A program made the position numbers and the translations under genes. DNA of 64,000 bases from Thermoplasmata archaeon (GTDB taxonomy: Archaea > Thermoplasmatota > Thermoplasmata > Lutacidiplasmatales > UBA184): assembly GCA_050011355.1 (NCBI GenBank), contig JBEKJG010000001.1, forward strand, positions 6,875 through 70,874. The letters run 5' to 3'. This document shows positions 8,626-17,769 of this stretch, piece by piece; the stretch's first letter is position 1; every line of letters starts with the position of its first letter. Below the pieces are notes generated by a model, which saw only the letters and a program-made list of their open reading frames with translations, was not told where the DNA came from and did no database searches.

Positions 8626-8989
8626 GAAGATGCCCCCGCCGTCGACCGAAGCGGTCCGCCTGTTCCATACGATGGTCCCGGACACCCCCGGAGTCGCGGC
8701 TCGACAGATGTTCGGGCAGCCGTGTGCGTTTGTCCACGGGAACATGTTCTTCGGGGTCTACGGGGGGGAGATCTTTGTCCGGCTTTCCGAGGGGGACTGC
8801 TCCGACGCGCTGCGGGACCCGAGCTTCCACCGGTTCGAGCCGATGGCCGGGCGTCCGATGAAGGAGTATGTCGTCCTGCCCGCCTCGGTGACGGGAAACC
8901 CCGCCACCTTCCGGACCTGGGTGGACCGTTCGGTCCGCTATGCGGCCCGTCTGCCTCCCAAGTCGGCCAAACGCAAGTCGCCCCGGTAG
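8624..8989 (+). CDS. TfoX N-terminal-domain-like protein
   Basis: ATG at 8624 inside ORF 8381..8989. ...ARQMFGQPCAFVHGNMFFGVYGGEIFVRLSEGD... matches the MFGg-x-f-nG-mf pattern of TfoX_N; 121 aa. Confidence 0.6.
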   Translation: MKMPPPSTEAVRLFHTMVPDTPGVAARQMFGQPCAFVHGNMFFGVYGGEIFVRLSEGDCSDALRDPSFHRFEPMAGRPMKEYVVLPASVTGNPATFRTWVDRSVRYAARLPPKSAKRKSPR

Positions 8990-9051
8990 GAATTCCCGAC
9001 CTGCCCAATCCGTCCCGGGACGGGCGGTGGCATTCGCCTCCCCACGGGAAG

Positions 9052-9549
9052 CTAGCCCCGAGCCGCTCGATGCTCGTTCGCGCCGGGTCGCGCACGCTTG
9101 GGACTCCCTCGACGTCGGACTTTCGGGCGCGCGATAGGGAACAGGCGGGGCAGGCTGCCGGGGCTCGAAGGACCACAGCAGGCAATCCCGACACCGTCCG
9201 GATCTTCGACGAACAAGAGCTGGGCAGGGCCGTCGACAAACCCCACCCGGGGTTTCGCGCCGGCTCGGAGGACCTTCCGGAGCCATCGCCGGGGGTTGGA
9301 GACGTAGAATCCAAAGTGATCGAACTCGGTCCCGGGCTGGAACGTCTCGAAGAACGGCGTGCCGGGAGGATAGTAGTTCAGTTCGATCCGGTGCTCGGAA
9401 CCGGGGAAAACCAGGTGGACCCACCGCCCGCCGTGCGAGAACCCCCCCTTCTTGATCACCCGGAATCCCAGCGACCGATAGAAGCGGACCGAGCGGGCCA
9501 GGTCCCGGACCCGGATCCCAGAGTACATGAACCGAACGTCGTCCGCCAC
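9052..9549 (-). CDS. VOC/glyoxalase family protein (lactoylglutathione-lyase-like)
   Basis: MYSGIRVRDLARSVRFYRSLGFRV...HRIELNYY...DHFGFYV...LFVEDPDGV. The last ~40 aa are Arg/Pro-rich and may simply be read-through to the first stop. Confidence 0.75.
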   Translation of the reverse strand: MADDVRFMYSGIRVRDLARSVRFYRSLGFRVIKKGGFSHGGRWVHLVFPGSEHRIELNYYPPGTPFFETFQPGTEFDHFGFYVSNPRRWLRKVLRAGAKPRVGFVDGPAQLLFVEDPDGVGIACCGPSSPGSLPRLFPIARPKVRRRGSPKRARPGANEHRAARG

Positions 9550-9683
9550 GGTCGTCCGATCGGACGGGAGGCATATACTCCTACCTGGAGGCCCGGCTCA
9601 TGGCCCGAGGTTCCGGCCCCCCGGGTCGAGTCCCCGGCAATCCCCGAGCCCTCTGAACCCGCCCCCCATCCCCGTCGTCCGGC

Positions 9684-9690
9684 TTTATAT
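9684..9690 (+). promoter_or_regulatory. TATA box-like TTTATAT upstream of the HTH_10 regulator gene
   Basis: The only strongly AT-rich heptamer in the 9549-9767 divergent spacer. It sits about 80 nt upstream of the ATG at 9767, so a 5' UTR would be implied. Confidence 0.3.
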
Positions 9691-9766
9691 GCCGAGGACC
9701 AGTTCAGCCGGTGGGAGCGGACCCACACTGACCCGGGTCGACCGCGAGCCGAGCTCCAGGGTTCCC

Positions 9767-10534
9767 ATGTCGACACCTGCAGGGAAACGCCCGAAGGCCC
9801 GTCGCCGTGCCAAGTCTTCGGATGCGAACACTCAGGTGCGTCTGAGAGCCCTGCGCAAAGCGTCGGATTCCCCGTCGCCGGACCGCCTTTTCCTCGCTAC
9901 GCTCCGGATCCGTATCCCGAGATCCCTGTGGACAGGCAAGTTCTCCTTGAGCCACCCGGGGACACAGCTCGAGGTGCTGAACCGCGTGGAGGTCAGTCCG
10001 GAGATCTCCGTGTCGGACTATTGGATCTCGGGCTCGCCCCCTGGCGTGTGGGCGGGGGAGATATCGGCGTTCTCGGATGTCGTCCACGTCGACAGCCTGA
10101 CCGAGGTCGGGGACGGGTGTCTCTATCGGATTACGTACAAGAACCCGCCCGTGGTTTACCTCTACCGCCGCCTCCGATTGCCCCTGCAGTTTCCGTACCG
10201 AATGCAGGCGGGGGTCATCGAGTGGGAGCTCGTCGCCCGCCGCGGGCAGTTCGATGAGATCATCGAGCACGTGCGGAGCGTAGACCCACAGTTCTCCATC
10301 GTCTCGATACGGCGCCGACCCCTCCGGAGCCATTTGCCGACCCTCTCCGCGGCCCAGCACCAGCTGCTCAACCAGGCGATGGCCGCCGGATATTTCGCGG
10401 TCCCGCGCGGGATCACGCTCACGGAACTCGCCCGCCGGCTGAACCGGAGCAAATCGGGGATCTCGGAATCGATCGCGTTGATCGAGAAGAAGCTGTTCGA
10501 GACGGCCCTACGGCCCGACTCAGGATTGAGGTAA
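9767..10534 (+). CDS. HTH_10 (Bat-type helix-turn-helix) transcriptional regulator
   Basis: The C-terminus LSAAQHQLLNQAMAAGYFAVPRGITLTELARRLNRSKSGISESIALIEKKL is the canonical HTH_10 DNA-binding domain. ATG at 9767 inside ORF 9527..10534. Confidence 0.75.
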   Translation: MSTPAGKRPKARRRAKSSDANTQVRLRALRKASDSPSPDRLFLATLRIRIPRSLWTGKFSLSHPGTQLEVLNRVEVSPEISVSDYWISGSPPGVWAGEISAFSDVVHVDSLTEVGDGCLYRITYKNPPVVYLYRRLRLPLQFPYRMQAGVIEWELVARRGQFDEIIEHVRSVDPQFSIVSIRRRPLRSHLPTLSAAQHQLLNQAMAAGYFAVPRGITLTELARRLNRSKSGISESIALIEKKLFETALRPDSGLR

Positions 10535-10720
10535 CGCGCGCCCCGTCGTCCGGCCCGCTCGTCGATACCGCCCGGTGCGGTGGCGGGGCTCCGGCGCCCC
10601 CGGAAACATGCGCCGCGGGCGCCGGAGCCTACCGAACCCGTTCGGTCGGCCGAAGGAGTTCGGCATTCACTCATCCTCGGAACATCGCATGGTTGGGGTG
10701 GAGAGGCCCCGGTCATCGGT

Positions 10721-11452
10721 ATGGCGGACGAGCGTGCGGGCGGGCCCGCATCGTACCGGGGCATCTCGGTCCTGATCCATGGCTCCGGTGAGACCGCGAT
10801 GGCGGTCCTCGCCGCGGCGCTCGCACGACAGGAGGTAGGGTCGTTCGGGTGGGCGGATTGCACCGCGGCTGCGGAGGTCCCCGAGTCGGGCGCCCGATGG
10901 GTGCTCGAGGAGGGCTCGGAGGCATCCTACGCGCCCCGGGTCGTGCCCGATGACCTGCTGCCGGCGCACGTCGATGACGGTGGCATCGGGGCCTGGCTGG
11001 TGCGCGATCCCGCCGGCACGGAAACGGCGGCCCGATTGGCTGCCTATCTTCGGCTCCCGTCCGTCATCCAGCGCATGGTCGCACGCACGGTCTCCTCGAA
11101 TGCCCGGGCGGTTCTCGTCCTCACCAACGTGGACGCCCTCCCGGGGATCTCCGTCGACCGTTCCCTCGGGCCGATCGAGACCCACGAGACCCTCCATCGG
11201 GAGGGGGTCACACTCCTCGTCACGTTCCGGGGGAACCCCACGAACATCCTCCGGGCCCCGTTCGACCGGGTGTACCGGGTCGACGGGCGAGCCGACCTCC
11301 CCTGGCAAGAGGCCCGGGTGGCCATCGAACGCGGGGGCCCCGACGACGGGTTGGCCTCCGGTGAGACCTTCGGGACGCGCCTGCCTTGGCTCGGTCTATC
11401 GGGAAGCCCCCTGGGCGACCAGCGGCCCCATCCGCACCACCGGCTGCGCTGA
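10721..11452 (+). CDS. hypothetical protein, possibly a degenerate (P-loop-less) RecA/KaiC-like domain
   Basis: ATG at 10721. ISVLIHGSGETAMAVLAAAL occupies the place of a Walker A strand-loop-helix but lacks GK[ST]. AVLVLTNVDAL resembles a Walker-B strand. Composition is protein-like. Confidence 0.55.
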   Translation: MADERAGGPASYRGISVLIHGSGETAMAVLAAALARQEVGSFGWADCTAAAEVPESGARWVLEEGSEASYAPRVVPDDLLPAHVDDGGIGAWLVRDPAGTETAARLAAYLRLPSVIQRMVARTVSSNARAVLVLTNVDALPGISVDRSLGPIETHETLHREGVTLLVTFRGNPTNILRAPFDRVYRVDGRADLPWQEARVAIERGGPDDGLASGETFGTRLPWLGLSGSPLGDQRPHPHHRLR

Positions 11453-11536
11453 ACCGGGACCGGGCTCGACCGCGCCCCCGTCGGGTCTGGCGTGGACGGG
11501 CATCAGATTCAAGACCACGCGCCCCGTCGGTCCTTC

Positions 11537-13951
11537 GTGAAGGCGCTCGAGTACATCCTCGACCTGGACGTCGACTACCCCGTGGGCACGTTTCGGGGAG
11601 AGGTGACCCTGGTCGCCTCGGACCTTCGGGGGACGGTCGAACTCGACTGCGAGGACCTCACCGTCGCTGGCGTGACCCTGGACGGTCGGGCGGTTCCGTT
11701 TGCGCACGATCCCCAACGCCACTTGCTGACCGTTCGATCCGGGGACGCTGGGGGCCAGCGGCTCACCATGCGCTACTCCGGGGCGGCGTCCCACAAGAGC
11801 CTCACGGGCCTCTATGTTTCGGGATCCGGCGAGCAGCCCGTGCTCACCACGATGATGGAGCCGATCTCCTGCCGGAGGCTCCTGCCCTGCCTCGATGCGC
11901 CGAACCAGAAGGCCGTCTTCACCGTCCGGGTGACCACTACGCCCGGCCCGGTGGTCCTGTCGAACGCGGAGCTCGTGAAGACGGAGCCCGTCCGTGGGCG
12001 GATCCGGTGGATCTTCGCCCCGACGCCTCCGATGGCCACGTACCTGCTCTACCTCGGGATCGGGCCGTTCGAGACCGAGGAGCTCGTGGAGAACGGGGTC
12101 CGTATCATCGCCGCGGCACTCCCGGGAAAGGTCGCCCGGACGCGAACGCTCCTGGCGTTCGGTGGCCCGCTCCTGCGCGGGTACGGGGAGTACTACGGCC
12201 AACAGTACCCCCTGACCAAGTTGCACCTCGTCGCGGTCCCGGACCTCTGGGCGGGCGCGATGGAGAACTGGGGTGCGATCGCGTTCCCCGAGCTCGGCCT
12301 ATTGGTGGACGACGCGACCAGCCCGGCGACCCGGCGGTGGGCGATGGAGACCTTGGCGCACGAGATCGCGCACCAGTGGTTCGGCAACCTGGTGACGATG
12401 GAGGCGTTCAACGACCTCTGGCTCAACGAGAGCTTCGCGACCTTCGTGGCCGCCAAGATGGAGGCCCGCCTCGGGATGCGGACGGATGCCTGGAACGAGT
12501 TCCTGATCCGGACCCGACCGGCCTATTTCGGAGACTCGCTCGAGAGCACTCACCCGATCGTGCTCGACATCGCCGACCCGAAGACGATCGCCGAGAGCAC
12601 GGACGAGATCACCTACTTCAAGGGCGCCAGCGTGGTTCGCATGTTCGACGCCTACCTCGGGGAGGAGGTCTTTCGTCGCGGGGTGGCGGACTACCTCGAA
12701 CGCTTCCGCTTCGGGAACGCGCGCGGAGCCGACCTGTGGGCCTCGCTCGCCACCGTGTCGGGAGAGTCGGTGACCGACGTCCTCCCGGCGTGGGTAGAGC
12801 GGGCCGGCTTTCCGGTGGTCCGGGTGCACACGGGCGAAGGGAGATTGCGCTTCGAACAGTCCCGGTTCCTGTTCGCCGACTCGCGCCGTGCCGAGGCCCC
12901 CTGGCCGATCCCCATGACGCTGGTAGTGGCGGGACGACCCCAGCGCTTCGTGTTCCGGACCCGGTCGGTGGAAGTACCGGTGGACGACCCCGCGGCGGTC
13001 CGGATCAATCCGGGCCGGTCGACGTTCGTCCGGATCTGGTATGACGGCCCCCTCCGCCGCGAGGTCGTCCGCGCCCTGCCGGGCATGGCGGCCGCCGACC
13101 GCTGGGCCGTGATCAACGATACCTGGTCGTTCCTGTACTCCGGAGATGCGACGTTGGCGGAGTACCTCGAGCTGGTCGACCTCGCCCGCGGGTTCGAGGA
13201 CTATCCGAGCGTCCTCGAGGTCGCGTACTCGCTGAACGCCCTGCGACCGTACGTCGGTACCGCTCCCGGGTATCGGGACGCCTCGGTCACGTTCTACCGG
13301 GCGCAGCTGGCCCGCCTCACCCTCGAGCAGCGGCCGGGGGAGCCGGATACGGATGCCGTGATCCGCGAGCAGGTGGCGCTCGACCTGGTTCGGACGGACC
13401 GAGAGTTCGCGCAGACCCTCTCGGCCCGCTTCGGTGAGATCGACCGGCTCCCCGCCGCCCTGCGCTCGGCGGTCGCGTTCGCGTACGCCCGGACCGGCGG
13501 GGAGGCTGCGCTCCCGCCCCTGTTGGCCCGGGCCCGCTCCGCGGCCGACGAGGACATGGCCCAGGGGGCTGCGGAGGCCCTCGGCGGCCTGCCCACCCCC
13601 GAACTCCTCTCCCGGGCTCTCGCCGCGGCCCTCGAACCGGGCATGCGGGCATCCGTCGCGCACGAGATCATCGCCAGCGCCGCCCGGAATCCCATCGGAG
13701 CGGGGTTGGTGTGGGAGTGGCTCAAGGAGAACCTCCGAGAGCTGGAGGAGCGAACGCGGGGGAGCTGGGCGCTCTCGCGACTCCTCGAACGAACGGTCGA
13801 TATCGTGGGGATCGGACGCCGGCAGGACGTGGAAGCGTACTTCGCGGCCGAATCGTTCCCCGAGTCGGCGAACGGGGTCCGGAAATCCCTCGAGGTCCTC
13901 CGCATCGCCACCCTTCTCGTGGAGCGGGTCGGCGGTTCCTCGTCGGGTTAA
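11537..13951 (+). CDS. M1-family zinc aminopeptidase (tricorn-interacting factor F3 / aminopeptidase N-like)
   Basis: The GAMENWG exopeptidase motif and HEIAHQWFGNLVT-x-WLNESFA zinc site. The GTG at 11537 (VKALEYILDLDVDY) fits the usual N-terminus; the listed GTG at 11492 is possible. Confidence 0.9.
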   Translation: MKALEYILDLDVDYPVGTFRGEVTLVASDLRGTVELDCEDLTVAGVTLDGRAVPFAHDPQRHLLTVRSGDAGGQRLTMRYSGAASHKSLTGLYVSGSGEQPVLTTMMEPISCRRLLPCLDAPNQKAVFTVRVTTTPGPVVLSNAELVKTEPVRGRIRWIFAPTPPMATYLLYLGIGPFETEELVENGVRIIAAALPGKVARTRTLLAFGGPLLRGYGEYYGQQYPLTKLHLVAVPDLWAGAMENWGAIAFPELGLLVDDATSPATRRWAMETLAHEIAHQWFGNLVTMEAFNDLWLNESFATFVAAKMEARLGMRTDAWNEFLIRTRPAYFGDSLESTHPIVLDIADPKTIAESTDEITYFKGASVVRMFDAYLGEEVFRRGVADYLERFRFGNARGADLWASLATVSGESVTDVLPAWVERAGFPVVRVHTGEGRLRFEQSRFLFADSRRAEAPWPIPMTLVVAGRPQRFVFRTRSVEVPVDDPAAVRINPGRSTFVRIWYDGPLRREVVRALPGMAAADRWAVINDTWSFLYSGDATLAEYLELVDLARGFEDYPSVLEVAYSLNALRPYVGTAPGYRDASVTFYRAQLARLTLEQRPGEPDTDAVIREQVALDLVRTDREFAQTLSARFGEIDRLPAALRSAVAFAYARTGGEAALPPLLARARSAADEDMAQGAAEALGGLPTPELLSRALAAALEPGMRASVAHEIIASAARNPIGAGLVWEWLKENLRELEERTRGSWALSRLLERTVDIVGIGRRQDVEAYFAAESFPESANGVRKSLEVLRIATLLVERVGGSSSG

Positions 13952-14013
13952 CGGATATGTAGGGCCCCCCCGTGGAAGCGCCCGGCGGGTCAGGCCGCCG
14001 CGCGGAGAGGTCG

Positions 14014-14691
14014 ATGTCGGAGCCGGTCGTCGTCGGGGAGGATGTGTGGAAGGTCTACGGTTCGGGCGACACGGAGGTCGATGCCCTGCGGGGACTGACG
14101 ATCCAGATCCACCGGGGCGAGATGGTCGCGGTGATGGGGCCGTCCGGGTGCGGGAAGACGACCTTTCTGAACTGCTTCTCCGGCCTGGACTCCGTTTCCC
14201 GAGGCCGCGTGCTCATCGGGGGGGTGGATGTCCACTCGATGCCCGATGCGAAACGCAGCGAGTTCCGCGCGAAGCAGACCGGTTTCGTCTTCCAGGCGTA
14301 CAACCTCCTCCCGATGCTGAGCGCGGTCGAGAACGTGGAGATGCCCCTGCTCATCGCCGGCGCGCGCTCGAGGGAGGCCCGCACGCAGGCCAGCGAAATG
14401 CTGGCCCAGCTGGGACTCGGGGACCGCATCGACCATCGGCCATCGGAACTCTCGGGGGGCCAGCAGCAACGGGTCTCGCTCGCCCGGGCCCTCGTCGCCC
14501 ACCCGGCCATCGTCTGGGCCGATGAGCCGACGGGGAACCTCGACGACGAGGGGTCCCGCCAGGTCACCGCGCTGCTCCGGCAGCTCAACCGGGACTACGG
14601 GCAGACGATGGTGGTCGTCACCCACGACGCCGAGGTCGCGGGAAGTTGCCACCGGACCCTGAAGATGCGCGACGGCCAATTCCTCGAGTGA
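14014..14691 (+). CDS. ABC transporter ATP-binding protein (MacB/LolD-type)
   Basis: Walker A GPSGCGKTT, Q-loop, signature LSGGQQQRVSLARAL, Walker B IVWADEPT. ATG at 14014. Confidence 0.9.
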   Translation: MSEPVVVGEDVWKVYGSGDTEVDALRGLTIQIHRGEMVAVMGPSGCGKTTFLNCFSGLDSVSRGRVLIGGVDVHSMPDAKRSEFRAKQTGFVFQAYNLLPMLSAVENVEMPLLIAGARSREARTQASEMLAQLGLGDRIDHRPSELSGGQQQRVSLARALVAHPAIVWADEPTGNLDDEGSRQVTALLRQLNRDYGQTMVVVTHDAEVAGSCHRTLKMRDGQFLE

Positions 14692-14707
14692 TCCCGGACG
14701 AACCGAC

Positions 14708-17662
14708 ATGGTGGACTCCACGCTGGCCGCCAGCTTCGTGCTCCTCGGGCTGGTGGGGATCGTAGCCGCGGTCTTCGCCCTCCGTCATCGGTTGGCGTTC
14801 CGGATCGCGCTTCGTAACGTGCGCCGGGGTCGGGGCCGGACGGTGCTGCTCCTCCTCGGCCTCCTGGTGGGGACGACCATCATCTCCGGCAGCCTCATTG
14901 TCGGCTCGACCGTCCAGGCCCTGGACGTCCACTACACGTACCTCGGGAGTGGCTACGTCCACGAATCGATCTCGGCGACGGGCCCGTCGGGGGGGCTCGC
15001 GCCGTTCCCCTACTCCGTCTACACCGCGATCTCGGTCGCCGCCGAGGGCCAACCCGACATCGCCGGGATCACTCCGATGGTCATCACCACGACCCAGGTG
15101 TACGATCGGACGACCGGGATACCGGAGACCAACCTCAACCTCATCGCCTCCAACGCCAACCAGAGCGGGAACCTCGGCACCTTCGTCTCGACGTCCGGCG
15201 CGACGCTGCCGGGACCGAGCGGGTCGGAAGTGTACGTCGACCTGCAGACCGCCGAGGCGCTCAACGCCTCGGTGGGGGACGCGGTCGTCGTGTATGGCCC
15301 CCACCCGGTCGACGCGACGATCGGCGCGATCGTCCAGGACAACCTGCGCGGGGGGTTCATCACCGCGGGTCTCACCCCCGGCAACGTCTTCGTGGACCTC
15401 CCGACCGCGCAGTTCCTCGTGAACATTTCCGGGCAGATCAACTACATCGCGGTGACGAACACGGGGACGCAGGCCGGCGGCATCGCACTCTCCGACTCGG
15501 TGAGCCACTTCCTGAACACGACCCTCGCCTCCATCCCCGCCGCGGCCGGCCTCTCGGTGACGGAGGACATGAAGAACAACATCGCCGCGGCCGAGCTCTC
15601 GGGGACGAGCGTCCAGACGATCTTCCTCGTCCTCGGCCTCTTCTCGATCGTCGCGGGCGCGATGCTCATCGTCGGGATCTTCGTCATGCTCGCCGAGGAA
15701 CGGAAGGGGGAGATGGGGATGCTCCGGGCGATCGGAATGCGACGTCGGGAGCTCGTGTTCGTCTACTACTTCGAGGGGCTCATCTACGCCGTCGGGAGCG
15801 CGTTGGCCGGCACGCTCCTCGGGGTCGTCGTCGGCTACCTCCTCACCTACGTCTTCAGCACCCTGTTCGCCTCCGGGGCCCTCACCGCCACCGCGATCCT
15901 CCAGTCGTTCACCGTCACCCCGGACGACCTCGTGCTCAGCTACGTCGCCGGCTTCCTGCTCACCCTCATCACGGTCGCCGTGGCGAGCTCCCGCGTCAGC
16001 CGACTCAACATCGTCCAGGCGATCCGCGACCTGCCCTCCCCCCCGCCCCCCCGCCGGTTGTACACGTTGCTGGGGTACCTCGGGGGGCTGCTCGCGGTCG
16101 GTGGGGTGGTCCTGCTGGCCCCGAACCTCCAGGGAACGTCCGACATCTCCGTCCCGATCCTCGGCGGAGGGTTCATCATCCTCGGCCTCGGCCTGGTCGC
16201 CTCCCGGTTCGTCGCGAACCGGCTCGCCTTCAGCGCGGTCGGGGCCGGGCTCCTCGTCTGGGCGGGGGTCGAGCCGCTCCACCGGCTCGTCTTCGGCACC
16301 ACGCACTCGGGCGGGATCTTCCTCCTCTTCGTCGAGGGGATCCTGATGGTCGCGGGGGCCCTCCTGCTCTACATCTTCAACTCGGCGGCCTTCCTCGGGG
16401 GGATCCTCCGGCTCGCGGGACAGGGCTCGCGCGGGGCCCCGGTCGCGCGCGTGGGGCTTTCCTACCCGGCCCGACGTCCGGCTCGGACCGCCATCAACCT
16501 CGCCATCTTCGCGCTGGTCACGTTCACGATGGTCGCGATCGCGTGCGTCGGCGCCACCGTCCAGGCGAACCTCAACAACACGATCCAGGAGGACTCGGGT
16601 GGCTACAGTTTCTACGGTTTCTCGACCCAGCCCATCCCGGACCTCCCCGGCATCGTCGCCAACAACTCGACCCTGTCCGCGCTGTTCGCGGTCACCGTGC
16701 CGCTGGTCGCGGGCGCCGTCAACGTGAACGTTTCCGGTTCCACCCCCAACCCGTACACCGACAACCTGTTCTCGCCGGTCGCCAACGGATCGGCCACTTC
16801 GAGCTTCTACGCCACCAGCCAGTTCCCGTTCGCGTCGACCTGGGACGGCCTGTCCCCGACGGCCGTTCTGGAGCAGCTCGCGACCAACGACTCCGTGGCC
16901 GTCGTGGACAGCAGCTACGCCCCCACCGCGTCCGTGGTCGGGTCGGGGTCGTCGTCGCCCCATCCCACCCTCAACGTCGGGGACCAGATCCGCCTGCAGC
17001 CTCCGGGCCGCCCCGAGGTACGGACCGTCCGGGTCATCGGGATCTTCTCGCAGAGCGTGATCCCCGGGGTCTGGGTCAACCCCGACACCGCCTCCGCGCT
17101 GGGCTACCACAACGTCGACTCGTTCTTCCTCACGGTCCGTTCCGGGGTATCGACCACCGTCGCCGCCCAGGACGCGAAGCGCGCGTTCTTCCCCGAGGGC
17201 CTCGTGCTGTTCGAGATCGCCCAGCTGCTCGAGACCTCGATCGCCTCGACGGAGGGGGTCATCGGACTCCTCGAGATCTTCGTCGGGATGGGGCTCGGGG
17301 TCGGGATCGCGGCGATGGGGATCCTCGCGCTCCGGGCGGTGGTCGAGCGTCGACGGGAGATCGGGATGCTCCGGTCGATGGGGTTCACCCAGCGGGCCGT
17401 CCTCTCGGCGTTCCTCATCGAGTACTCGTTCGTCACCCTCCTCGGGCTCGCGATCGGCACCGCCCTCGGGATCTGGATCATCTGGGACCTGTCGATCAGC
17501 CCCAGCGCCGCCGCGAGCGGGGTGAGCTTCTTCGCCGTGCCGGTCCTCAACATCGTCCTCATCCTCCTCGCGGCGTACGGCCTGGCGATGCTCGCCATCG
17601 CAGTTCCTTCCGTCCGTGCCTCCCGGGTCCCTCCGGCGGACGCCGTGCGGGCAACGGAGTAG
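14708..17662 (+). CDS. ABC transporter permease with two FtsX-like domains and large extracytoplasmic loops
   Basis: 984 aa, starting 17 nt after the ATPase gene. Two FtsX-type four-helix blocks, each with the conserved ER+-EIG-LR..G motif (EERKGEMGMLRAIGM and ERRREIGMLRSMGF). Confidence 0.85.
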   Translation: MVDSTLAASFVLLGLVGIVAAVFALRHRLAFRIALRNVRRGRGRTVLLLLGLLVGTTIISGSLIVGSTVQALDVHYTYLGSGYVHESISATGPSGGLAPFPYSVYTAISVAAEGQPDIAGITPMVITTTQVYDRTTGIPETNLNLIASNANQSGNLGTFVSTSGATLPGPSGSEVYVDLQTAEALNASVGDAVVVYGPHPVDATIGAIVQDNLRGGFITAGLTPGNVFVDLPTAQFLVNISGQINYIAVTNTGTQAGGIALSDSVSHFLNTTLASIPAAAGLSVTEDMKNNIAAAELSGTSVQTIFLVLGLFSIVAGAMLIVGIFVMLAEERKGEMGMLRAIGMRRRELVFVYYFEGLIYAVGSALAGTLLGVVVGYLLTYVFSTLFASGALTATAILQSFTVTPDDLVLSYVAGFLLTLITVAVASSRVSRLNIVQAIRDLPSPPPPRRLYTLLGYLGGLLAVGGVVLLAPNLQGTSDISVPILGGGFIILGLGLVASRFVANRLAFSAVGAGLLVWAGVEPLHRLVFGTTHSGGIFLLFVEGILMVAGALLLYIFNSAAFLGGILRLAGQGSRGAPVARVGLSYPARRPARTAINLAIFALVTFTMVAIACVGATVQANLNNTIQEDSGGYSFYGFSTQPIPDLPGIVANNSTLSALFAVTVPLVAGAVNVNVSGSTPNPYTDNLFSPVANGSATSSFYATSQFPFASTWDGLSPTAVLEQLATNDSVAVVDSSYAPTASVVGSGSSSPHPTLNVGDQIRLQPPGRPEVRTVRVIGIFSQSVIPGVWVNPDTASALGYHNVDSFFLTVRSGVSTTVAAQDAKRAFFPEGLVLFEIAQLLETSIASTEGVIGLLEIFVGMGLGVGIAAMGILALRAVVERRREIGMLRSMGFTQRAVLSAFLIEYSFVTLLGLAIGTALGIWIIWDLSISPSAAASGVSFFAVPVLNIVLILLAAYGLAMLAIAVPSVRASRVPPADAVRATE

Positions 17663-17741
17663 ACGGCGGTAGCCGCTCGAAGGCGCCCGAGCCCCCGGGA
17701 GTCCCGTCAGTGCCGGACGTCCGCGGACCTCCGGCAGGCCC

Positions 17742-17749
17742 TTCAAGTA
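17742..17749 (+). promoter_or_regulatory. TATA-like box TTCAAGTA about 25 nt upstream of the GTG at 17770
   Basis: An AT-enriched octamer in the 108-nt spacer after the permease gene. The spacing is compatible with a (near-)leaderless transcript. Confidence 0.25.
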
Positions 17750-17769
17750 CCCCGCCCCTTTCCTCGAAC

